From positions 1 to 24,001 of the IMG/VR virus record IMGVR_UViG_3300012953_000227: DNA of 24,001 bases. One strand, given 5' to 3'. Under the pieces are notes generated by a model. It was not told where the DNA came from. It made no database searches and worked only from the letters and a program-made list of their open reading frames with translations. A program made the position numbers and the translations under genes. This DNA comes from a virus (lineage: Duplodnaviria > Caudoviricetes). Of this stretch, positions 1 to 6,900 are shown in pieces (position 1 is the first letter of the stretch; every line of letters begins with the position of its first letter).

Positions 1-1
1 C

Positions 2-85
2 GATCAGCTTCGCAAGAACATACTTATGTATGCACTCGAATACGGTATCAATACCGGAATGACAGTGAGGCGTGATAATGTCTAA
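2..85 (+). CDS. 3' end of a hypothetical protein (partial)
   Basis: Frame 2 is open from the window edge (DQLRKNILMYALEYGINTGMTVRRDNV*) and overlaps the next start. The frame choice is uncertain because frame 1 is also open to 75. Confidence 0.3.
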   Translation, partial: DQLRKNILMYALEYGINTGMTVRRDNV

Positions 86-281
86 GAAGCCGAATTTTAT
101 TGTGCGCTTCGAAGAAGTGCAGCGCATCGATGTTAAAGTTTTTGCTAAAGACGAAGATGATGCTCGTAGCAAAGCTATGAGTGACGCCAGCGTAGATTGG
201 CAGTACGCGAAAGCTAAATCGCAAGAGCGTATTAAAGAGAAAACGATAGTCAAAATTCCAAAAGTGGCGAAAATATCATGA
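78..281 (+). CDS. hypothetical protein (67 aa)
   Basis: ORF MSKKPNF..., GAGG upstream, ATGA-coupled to the next ORF. Confidence 0.7.
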   Translation: MSKKPNFIVRFEEVQRIDVKVFAKDEDDARSKAMSDASVDWQYAKAKSQERIKEKTIVKIPKVAKIS

Positions 282-490
282 GTAACGATACTGTATTAGC
301 GTCACAAGTTACCGATATCAAACAAAGGTTTCTGTATTACGGGTTTTTAGCGTCACCGCTAACGACCCGCGAGATAGTTAAGCTATTGATGCGCGGCAAA
401 AGTCACGACGATATTTACAGCATCGGTTGCGATTTAGCTTGCGGCTATTCATGGTCGGAAACTTTACATGGAGATGGCGATAAATCATGA
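278..490 (+). CDS. hypothetical protein (70 aa)
   Basis: ATGA overlaps at both ends. Confidence 0.75.
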   Translation: MSNDTVLASQVTDIKQRFLYYGFLASPLTTREIVKLLMRGKSHDDIYSIGCDLACGYSWSETLHGDGDKS

Positions 491-669
491 GTAAGGCGAA
501 GTCTTTAATGGTGCAAGTTATTTACTACGTACATCTTACACCAAACGAGTATGCCGAATATGAAAAGGGTAAGGACCCACGAACTTTTAAGAACTGTGTA
601 AGTGGTGATCCGGATGAGCTCGAAGTAGAAGACGGTGACCCGTGGAATATACTCGATCATGAACAGTAA
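487..669 (+). CDS. hypothetical acidic protein (60 aa)
   Basis: ATGA overlap; GGAG upstream (470-473). Confidence 0.7.
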   Translation: MSKAKSLMVQVIYYVHLTPNEYAEYEKGKDPRTFKNCVSGDPDELEVEDGDPWNILDHEQ

Positions 670-823
670 TCTTATTATTGCGTATGATCTCAAACACCAA
701 ATCGAAAATCTACCATCGCAGCAACGCGACAGTAAGGTTGTCGATGGTGGCGACACAGAGTTAACAATGTACGAGCGAATATGCTTGATAGTCATTGCAC
801 TCGAATTAGAAGGCCGGACGTAA
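659..823 (+). CDS. hypothetical protein (54 aa)
   Basis: ATG at 659 overlaps the previous stop; the stop codon lies in the terminator hairpin. Confidence 0.6.
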   Translation: MNSNLIIAYDLKHQIENLPSQQRDSKVVDGGDTELTMYERICLIVIALELEGRT

Positions 824-838
824 GTCTGGCCTTTTTTT
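811..838 (+). terminator. intrinsic terminator
   Basis: AGGCCGGAC-GTAA-GTCTGGCCT stem with GNRA loop, followed by a T run. Confidence 0.9.
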
Positions 839-864
839 CATTTTAAACGTGCGTTGCTTACAAG

Positions 865-886
865 CGCAAATTTTTGCCCTTAGTGG
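865..886 (+). promoter_or_regulatory. putative phage RNA polymerase promoter, copy 1
   Basis: CGCAAATTTTTGCCCTTAGTGG, 20/22 identical to the copy at 1657; followed by GGAGGT RBS and ATG 909. Confidence 0.75.
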
Positions 887-908
887 ACTAACTACTATGG
901 AGGTAACG

Positions 909-1127
909 ATGTCTATTGAACTAAACTTAAACGGTGTTGACGGCAACGCGTTTGCTCTTATCGGGCATGCACGATCATACGGCAGACAACTCGGCTTATC
1001 GCAAGATGAGATCGAGGAAATCAGTAATGATATGATGTCGTCAGACTATACTCATTTACTCAAAGTGTTCGACAATAATTTCGGCCATGTAATTAAACTT
1101 GTACGAAATGAGGTTGACGATGAGTGA
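909..1127 (+). CDS. conserved small phage protein (GxDGNAF...SxDY motif)
   Basis: Strong GGAGGT RBS. LNGVDGNAFALIG...MMSSDYTHLL resembles a widespread phage hypothetical family. Confidence 0.85.
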   Translation: MSIELNLNGVDGNAFALIGHARSYGRQLGLSQDEIEEISNDMMSSDYTHLLKVFDNNFGHVIKLVRNEVDDE

Positions 1128-1494
1128 AATTAAGTGGCCTACCGATGTAGGTGAAGTAGTTCTCGAAGTAATCGAGAATGCTTGGGATAATAATGTGCAC
1201 AATAACAGCTTGGGAAGTGCCTTTGCCGAAATCAAGCAGTTTGTTATTGACAAAACAACGTGGCGTGCACACGAGCTTAATTGTCAAGCTACGGTTAATT
1301 TCACGGCTACAATTAAAGTGCCTCCGGGCACTGATTTTGACGATGATTTTATTGTTAGCGAAATTGTTCAGCAAATGGACGGTTATGTTGAAGTTAATGC
1401 TAGCTGCAACGATGATGAGCTAGACGAAGGCTGTGTGTTGACAGACATCACAGACGAAGAAATCAACGACTTCATACTTTCTGACGCAACGTGA
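1120..1494 (+). CDS. hypothetical acidic protein (124 aa)
   Basis: GAGGT RBS before ATG 1120; overlaps the upstream stop. Confidence 0.8.
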   Translation: MSEIKWPTDVGEVVLEVIENAWDNNVHNNSLGSAFAEIKQFVIDKTTWRAHELNCQATVNFTATIKVPPGTDFDDDFIVSEIVQQMDGYVEVNASCNDDELDEGCVLTDITDEEINDFILSDAT

Positions 1495-1589
1495 GACTAA
1501 TTAAGTGGCTAGTCGTAGCCGCTATAGCACTAACCGTTTTTTCAATTGTGTTTCTAGCATTTATTGCACGAAACAATATGCGTGAGTGA
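1491..1589 (+). CDS. small single-pass membrane protein (32 aa)
   Basis: GTGA-coupled start; MRLIKWLVVAAIALTVFSIVFLAFIARNNMRE; ends just before the terminator. Not in the ORF track. Confidence 0.6.
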   Translation: MRLIKWLVVAAIALTVFSIVFLAFIARNNMRE

Positions 1590-1612
1590 ATCCCTCCCAA
1601 GACCACGCATAC

Positions 1613-1643
1613 GAGGCGGGCCGACGGGCTCGCCTCTTTTTTT
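1613..1643 (+). terminator. intrinsic terminator
   Basis: GAGGCGGGCC-GACG-GGCTCGCCTC followed by T7. Confidence 0.9.
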
Positions 1644-1656
1644 CGTTTATTTCGAG

Positions 1657-1678
1657 CGCAAATTTTCACCCTTAGTGG
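1657..1678 (+). promoter_or_regulatory. putative phage RNA polymerase promoter, copy 2
   Basis: CGCAAATTTTCACCCTTAGTGG, followed by GGAGGT RBS and ATG 1703. Confidence 0.75.
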
Positions 1679-1702
1679 ACTTAACTAACGATGGAGGTTG
1701 AT

Positions 1703-1906
1703 ATGGGTCTATCACGAAAACATTTTATCAATATATCGAAACATATTCGAGAAGCTAATATGCCTCGCGAATATAAACTCGATCTTGCAAGTCATCTTGC
1801 ATCTTATTTCGTAGACGATAATCCGCAATTTAAGCTCGACAAATTTATGCGTGCTTGTGTTTCGGATGTCACTGACGAGGAGGTGCGTTATGGCTGGCGA
1901 GCGTGA
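1703..1906 (+). CDS. conserved small phage protein (RKHF...DNPxF...KF..AC type)
   Basis: GGAGGT RBS; MGLSRKHFINIS...FVDDNPQFKLDKFMRAC. Confidence 0.85.
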   Translation: MGLSRKHFINISKHIREANMPREYKLDLASHLASYFVDDNPQFKLDKFMRACVSDVTDEEVRYGWRA

Positions 1907-2273
1907 TAAAAAATCTAAAAAGTTTCGAGCAAACCAAAGCGGGGATTTTCCGTTTTCATATGCTGATGATGCTGAAATGTTCGAAACAAGTGATGTCGAA
2001 GGTTTTGACCACGAAGGTAATTGGATTAAAGATCCAACGATTTCAGAATGTGGTCGATTCCCTGTTGGTTCGGATTATTATAAAGACGGAACAACACGTG
2101 ATGAATTAGTCGAGAAGTATCACGACTTGTACGTTAGACATGTAGTCAACAGCGGTGATCCTTACGGTGCCGATTGGCGAACCATGAGGATTACTAAGCC
2201 TGAAGTTTACGAAACTATGAAAGAGTTACTTGCTCGTATTCGTGCTCATGATGACGGTGTTTGTCATGAATAA
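1890..2273 (+). CDS. hypothetical protein (127 aa)
   Basis: GAGGAGGT RBS before ATG 1890. Confidence 0.8.
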   Translation: MAGERDKKSKKFRANQSGDFPFSYADDAEMFETSDVEGFDHEGNWIKDPTISECGRFPVGSDYYKDGTTRDELVEKYHDLYVRHVVNSGDPYGADWRTMRITKPEVYETMKELLARIRAHDDGVCHE

Positions 2274-2625
2274 GTTCGTTAAACAAAGGCTTAAATTTGA
2301 TGGATACGTCAAAGCTCAGTTTATTTGCGGCGACGATTTTGGTTCAGTTCGACCTTACCAAGGTTGGCATAATCCAAAATATCGTTGGAACGGCTGGGCG
2401 ATGCCTATGTTCGGCAAAGAAGAGTTTCGTAGGTTTGTTAAAGATCTCAAAACTAACGAGTTCGAATGTATGGTAGATATGACTAAACACGATTGGAAAG
2501 AAACTCAAATCGAAAATCTTCACGAATTTATGTCTGAAGTAATCGAAGCGCTTATTGATCCAAATCCTTACGGTATGTATTCATTTAAAAATGCTGATTG
2601 GTGTTGGGACGATGTGAAGTCATGA
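2266..2625 (+). CDS. hypothetical protein with WNGWAMPxF motif
   Basis: Overlapping start; YQGWHNPKYRWNGWAMPMF resembles a motif seen in phage/plasmid accessory proteins. Confidence 0.75.
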   Translation: MNKFVKQRLKFDGYVKAQFICGDDFGSVRPYQGWHNPKYRWNGWAMPMFGKEEFRRFVKDLKTNEFECMVDMTKHDWKETQIENLHEFMSEVIEALIDPNPYGMYSFKNADWCWDDVKS

Positions 2626-2957
2626 CTTTTTTCGAAGAATGTTTATCTGACTTTATCGATATAATTCCAAAAACGTGGGTATACGAAGGCTTTGCTAACG
2701 ACGCTTGCCCTTCGTACTCATTTAATGGATGGCAAATTTTCATCGATCATCCTGACCCTGACAAAAGGGAATTGAAACCGATGGAAAGATTTGGCGTTAT
2801 CGTCTTTGAGAATTACGGCAACGGTCTTCGTATCGACACGCCGGAGTTTAATACAGAAGACTTTCAAAAGGTTTTGGAATATGTAAGCAAACCTGCTCCG
2901 AAATATGAGCAGGACGAAAATTGTAACTACGTTGAGGTCAAGAACGAGAAAGGCTGA
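2622..2957 (+). CDS. hypothetical protein with NDACPS motif
   Basis: ATGA coupling; W...NDACPSY...IFIDHPDPDKRE; the stop lies in the terminator. Confidence 0.8.
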   Translation: MTFFEECLSDFIDIIPKTWVYEGFANDACPSYSFNGWQIFIDHPDPDKRELKPMERFGVIVFENYGNGLRIDTPEFNTEDFQKVLEYVSKPAPKYEQDENCNYVEVKNEKG

Positions 2958-2979
2958 GCGAAAGCTCGGCCTTTTTTTT
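2951..2979 (+). terminator. intrinsic terminator
   Basis: AGGCTGAGC-GAAA-GCTCGGCCT followed by a T run. Confidence 0.9.
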
Positions 2980-3006
2980 CATATAAACGAAAAATTTTTT
3001 AATAGA

Positions 3007-3119
3007 AAAATGAGCCGTGCGAAAACGGCTTTCATTTTGTTTTTGAGTATGCCTAGGAATGACAGGGGAGCACCCTAGGAATCAAAATCATTTTGTTTTG
3101 ATACTAGGCTACCCCCCTG
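3007..3119. repeat. cluster of direct and inverted repeats at the convergence point
   Basis: TCATTTTGTTTT x2 (3032, 3088), CCTAGGAAT x2 (3052, 3074), hairpins at 3007-3038 and 3063-3119. Confidence 0.6.
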
Positions 3120-3125
3120 CTGCAA

Positions 3126-5036
3126 TTACTGTATCTCGCAGCTCCCTGCTGCACAGGCGAGCTCTTGGCTTCCGACAGTCTCATCAGTCTGCTCAACCAG
3201 AGCTTCCCAATTAATCGTCGTAGGCATAATTGTCTTGTATTCGTTGTATGTGTCAGGATCTGTTTCCTGATACGGCGCTTGTCTATATGTGCCGCCATCG
3301 TACGGCAAGAAACTGATGCCACTTACGATGTCAAAGTTATTCCATACCCAGGCACCGACCTCAGGCCACTCAGCCTCGGTAACAGACACAGTGATAGACG
3401 GCTTATGCTCACACCAATGCAGCTGGTATGTCTTCCAGAGCTCTAAGTGCTCCATAGCTGTCATATCGTGTCTAGTGATGCACGCTTCAGGCGCTTTTAC
3501 AGGAAATGTGAATACCGTTGTTGTATCACCTTTCATGACGCATGGTTCCGCAGGCACCCCCGCATCTTTTAAGAACTGTGTAAGCGGATCTTTATTATCG
3601 CCCCGGACAGTCCGCAGGTAATACTTGCTATGACGAGCATGGATACCGCTCGCACTGTCGACCAGTTGAGACACTGTGCCACTCGGTTTAACGCAAGTGA
3701 TCGCAGCGGACTCATTTATCTTGAGTGCCTTGGCCATCTTCTTATTTGTCTTGCGGGCAACGTCCCTAAGTGACTCAAGCAGCTCTGGGAGCTCCCTAGA
3801 CGCCGCCTCTGACTGACCAGCAGTCAATGGGCTGTCTAGTATGCCGGTAAGTGAAACACCTAACAGACGCTCATCCTCTGTGTTCTTTTTCCAAATCTTC
3901 CGAAGGTACGGAAAGTTTGTAAAAGTTGATTGAATTGACCCGAGGACACTGGCGACTCTAACTTTATCTCTGAGAGTATCTTTAGTGTCGTCGGGCCGAA
4001 TAACGACCTCGGTGAGGTTACAGAACTGATACGGACGCAAGATGATCTCGCTGCACGGATTAGTTCCGAAGTCATAATTTGCATCTCTGCCGCCAAATTG
4101 TTCAGCTTGCCTTTGAGACGCAACGCGATTGAAGATACCTCGTTCGCCAGAGTGTGAGTCATATAGTGATACCCACTCGCGCATAAAGGCGCCTACATCA
4201 GGTTTTTCGGTATAACAAACGCTATTGTTCGCTAAGGCGCGCTGGCCATTTTGTGACCACCATTCGCCTGACTTAGCATGGCGCATGCGATCATCGGTCA
4301 GATTAGACAGGCTAATCATTGCTGACCTGCGGACACCGCCGACCACTACGACCTCGCCGATCTTGCACATGAGGTCATGGCACTCGACGGAGGTTAGCTT
4401 ACGTCCTGCGGCTTGTTTAAATAGGTTTACTGTAAATTCGAATAGTTCGACTAGCGGCTCAGGTCCTGAGGCTCTGCCGCCAAACTTTTTGAGACGTGCA
4501 CCTGCGGGTCTTACGCGGCTTGTGTCCCATTTAGGCACCTCACCGCTGTAAAGCAGTGCTATGAGCTGCCGGAAGGCTTTAGACCAGCCCTCTTTGCTGT
4601 CTCTCACTACAATAGTGATGTCATTGTCATAGAGTGTCTCGGGGATCTCAGGTAGCTTGCTTACATATTGACGCTCAACACTGAAGCCGACGCCGGTGCC
4701 ACACATGAGAATAAACATAGTCTCATCGAAGGCTTTGACGTCATCGATTGGTAAATAGCTGCAATTGTAGCCACAGGTGTTGTCTCGATCTAATGCTTCA
4801 CCTGCGGTCATTAAGGCACGCATAGATGGCATTACTTCTTTAGCGACAATGTACTGGCGTGCCTCATCGACATGCTCGTGTACTGATTTTGGCACATGGG
4901 ACTTGATGTACTTAATGTATCTATCGACAGTCTCGGTCCAGTGCTCTCTTCTTTGGTGTTCTTCTAGGTACTTTGCGTACCTCGATTTATGGATAAACTC
5001 TTGATACAGAGTCTCGGGATTATTATTTAGTGTCAT
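3126..5036 (-). CDS. nrdJ: class II (adenosylcobalamin-dependent) ribonucleotide reductase, monomeric RTPR-like
   Basis: GYNCSY, GTNPCSEI, CNLTEV, TCVKPSGT and a C-terminal CAAGSC Cys pair; no beta-subunit gene. Confidence 0.93.
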   Translation of the reverse strand: MTLNNNPETLYQEFIHKSRYAKYLEEHQRREHWTETVDRYIKYIKSHVPKSVHEHVDEARQYIVAKEVMPSMRALMTAGEALDRDNTCGYNCSYLPIDDVKAFDETMFILMCGTGVGFSVERQYVSKLPEIPETLYDNDITIVVRDSKEGWSKAFRQLIALLYSGEVPKWDTSRVRPAGARLKKFGGRASGPEPLVELFEFTVNLFKQAAGRKLTSVECHDLMCKIGEVVVVGGVRRSAMISLSNLTDDRMRHAKSGEWWSQNGQRALANNSVCYTEKPDVGAFMREWVSLYDSHSGERGIFNRVASQRQAEQFGGRDANYDFGTNPCSEIILRPYQFCNLTEVVIRPDDTKDTLRDKVRVASVLGSIQSTFTNFPYLRKIWKKNTEDERLLGVSLTGILDSPLTAGQSEAASRELPELLESLRDVARKTNKKMAKALKINESAAITCVKPSGTVSQLVDSASGIHARHSKYYLRTVRGDNKDPLTQFLKDAGVPAEPCVMKGDTTTVFTFPVKAPEACITRHDMTAMEHLELWKTYQLHWCEHKPSITVSVTEAEWPEVGAWVWNNFDIVSGISFLPYDGGTYRQAPYQETDPDTYNEYKTIMPTTINWEALVEQTDETVGSQELACAAGSCEIQ

Positions 5037-5077
5037 TGTTGTTGTTTTCCGTAGGACCCTAGGGTCTAAAGTGCGGC

Positions 5078-5332
5078 TTATAAACGAGTTAGTATGCCCA
5101 TAACGAGCAATGCAGCCGCTGCCGCGTTCATAATCATTAGTGCTCGGTCATGCCAAATGATGGCTACAATGAGCCATCCGATGGTGCCATTGAGCGTAAG
5201 TGCCATGTCTAAAACGGTGTGATAGTCGGCTGCACGTATCGACAGCCCGATCATAATAAAAGCGGTAGAACACCACTTCAGCCACCAATCAAACGTATGT
5301 GTTGGCGTAACTTTTTTTATCATTCTTGTCAT
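5078..5332 (-). CDS. small multi-pass membrane protein (DUF6552-like)
   Basis: KKVTP...DWWLKW...GWLIVAIIWHDRALMIMN. Start moved to ATG 5332 because the upstream part of the track ORF is a structured RNA and terminator. Confidence 0.75.
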   Translation of the reverse strand: MTRMIKKVTPTHTFDWWLKWCSTAFIMIGLSIRAADYHTVLDMALTLNGTIGWLIVAIIWHDRALMIMNAAAAALLVMGILTRL

Positions 5333-5345
5333 TATTCGCTCTCTT

Positions 5346-5381
5346 AAAAAAATGCCCCCTGCAACAGTTGCTACAGGGGGC
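5346..5381 (-). terminator. intrinsic terminator closing the ncRNA
   Basis: Minus strand GCCCCCTGTAGC-AACT-GTTGCAGGGGGC-A-T7. Confidence 0.85.
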
Positions 5382-5522
5382 CTATTTGTATGGGGATTTT
5401 CACCCCGACAAAACGCGTGCCAGTCTCCACATGCACATCGCTCTGCCAAACTGTACGAACTGCCTCAGACAGAAGCCTGAGGCAGCCCGGACAAAACTAA
5501 AGATATGGAGATCTTTAGTCCC
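5346..5522 (-). ncRNA. putative structured phage ncRNA (~177 nt, five hairpins)
   Basis: Begins at the GGG of promoter copy 3. Stems 5493-5522, 5457-5488, 5407-5447, 5392-5406 and 5354-5381; most close fully only with G-U pairs on the minus strand. Ends in a terminator. Confidence 0.75.
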
Positions 5523-5542
5523 AATAAGTGTGTTAATTTGCG
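5521..5542 (-). promoter_or_regulatory. putative phage RNA polymerase promoter, copy 3
   Basis: Minus strand CGCAAATTAACACACTTATTGG, 18/22 identical to copy 2. Confidence 0.7.
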
Positions 5543-5856
5543 TCTGAACTTTCCAACAACTCAATCAGCATTTTGCAGTATTGTTTTGCTTTTTTGATGT
5601 CTTCGGCACCGTTCTTGCGTTTATAACGTGACGCATATTTTATGATATTGCCTGCATAATAGTCTTCGGCAATACCAATACTTTCCATAAACTCAGCTGG
5701 CTCTATGCCGCCGATATTATAATGAGCTGGTCTGCTTACCGGATCGGTGTTTTTTTGTTTGTTGCGATCTGGATTAGCAGCCCGTGCCAGACGACGTAGA
5801 AAATCGCCGTGTCTTTCGCCTTCTATTGGCTTGATTTTATCTTCTTCGGCTTCCAT
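5533..5856 (-). CDS. DUF3310 family protein (T7 gp1.7 nucleotide kinase-related)
   Basis: DPVSRPAHY...GIE...GNIIKYASRY..KNG.EDIKKA..Y signature. Confidence 0.85.
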   Translation of the reverse strand: MEAEEDKIKPIEGERHGDFLRRLARAANPDRNKQKNTDPVSRPAHYNIGGIEPAEFMESIGIAEDYYAGNIIKYASRYKRKNGAEDIKKAKQYCKMLIELLESSDAN

Positions 5857-6575
5857 AGCTTCACCTTTTTATTTTTAGCGTCATAGTCCTCGCTACGGAG
5901 TATGCGTGCGAGCCTAGCCTGTATAAGTGCGGCTGACTCATCAAGCCCAGCTTTATCGTAAGCAGCCACAACTTTTGACCAGTCTGCACCGCTTTCAAAT
6001 ATAGCTTCGGCGCGTTTAGCACCGATGCCTGGGCAGCCTTTGTAACCATCTGTTGCATCACCGACAACGCACTGCACAAAGAAATTATAATCGGCAGTAG
6101 GACGATCGATGTTATGAAGAGTATCAAGCCGATATACCATCGCAGGAATACTAAGCATATCTTTGTCATCCGATATGATGACGCTATCTTCGTATTGATC
6201 CGACGTTGCAAGTATCCCCAATATATCGTCAGCCTCAAGAGTAGGCCAAATGTGCGCTCGGTATTTAGCGCAAACATAATCTTTAAGAGCAGAGTAACAC
6301 AGAGGCTTTCGACTCTTTTTACGGTTGCTCTTATATGTTTCATCGACTTCTTTTCTAAAATTGCTTTTATCTGAAAAGGCGAAGATAAAATTGTCTGACT
6401 CAAAAACGTCATTCATTTTGTTTCGCCAATTGTCAAACAGATCCACTGCATCATCAAATTTTGAGTGAAGCGTGTGGACGTCGTCTGTCCATCGCACCTC
6501 GACCTCTGATGCAGCAGCTGCTTGAAAAATCACCATGTCACCATCGACAAGCAGTGTTTTACTCTTCTTTTTCAT
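5823..6575 (-). CDS. 5'-3' exonuclease, T7 gp6-like
   Basis: LLVDGD, YKSNR, LEADD, DKD, GDATDGYKGCPGIG, ARLARIL motifs. Confidence 0.93.
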   Translation of the reverse strand: MKKKSKTLLVDGDMVIFQAAAASEVEVRWTDDVHTLHSKFDDAVDLFDNWRNKMNDVFESDNFIFAFSDKSNFRKEVDETYKSNRKKSRKPLCYSALKDYVCAKYRAHIWPTLEADDILGILATSDQYEDSVIISDDKDMLSIPAMVYRLDTLHNIDRPTADYNFFVQCVVGDATDGYKGCPGIGAKRAEAIFESGADWSKVVAAYDKAGLDESAALIQARLARILRSEDYDAKNKKVKLWKPKKIKSSQ

Positions 6576-6900
6576 CGTCTATTTCCTGTAAAACGTCACA
6601 CAAGAACTGCAGCCCCGGGGGTGTAATCTTCCAAAAGTTTGTCCAATCGTTGCCTACACCTGTTGTTATCAGACCGCAGCAGGCTAGCATCGCAACTACA
6701 TCTGCGTGCTCTCGCGCTACGTCGCTTTTTGTTGTAAATCCTTCGAAATGTGCTCTGCCAAGTATCTCCATAGCTTGACGATCATTGTCAGTGGGTTGTT
6801 GCCCAGCTGCGTCCGACACTAAAGTCGGCGTCAATTCTGCACCGGAATTCAAAGTCTTCGCCCGCTTTTTGCGCGCTTCTTCTAATGATATTACCGACAT
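6559..6900 (-). CDS. T7 gp5.7-like protein (start uncertain: 6900, 6918 or 6771)
   Basis: KSDVAREHADVVAMLACCGLIT...WKITPPGLQFL parallels T7 gp5.7 as recalled (QSNYVRNNASLVAEAASRGHIS...WEITASGTRFL); same position, between DNA polymerase and exonuclease. Confidence 0.7.
   Translation of the reverse strand: MSVISLEEARKKRAKTLNSGAELTPTLVSDAAGQQPTDNDRQAMEILGRAHFEGFTTKSDVAREHADVVAMLACCGLITTGVGNDWTNFWKITPPGLQFLCDVLQEIDDEKEE

Noticed and set aside
863-904. Left-end repeats as CRISPR repeats or as minus-strand T3-like promoters (CACTAAGGG)
   Set aside because: The copies are about 790 bp apart with genes between them. The third copy at 5521-5542 fixes the sense orientation and lacks CACTAAGGG.
5333-5449. 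N-terminal extension (MAERCACG...) of the 5078 ORF
   Set aside because: It runs through the structured RNA and a terminator; ATG 5332 is the better start.
5346-5522. Cobalamin or FMN riboswitch, or tRNA, upstream of nrdJ
   Set aside because: Only a T-loop-like GGGGTGAAAATCCCC is shared. No B12 box, other FMN consensus segments or cloverleaf could be found.
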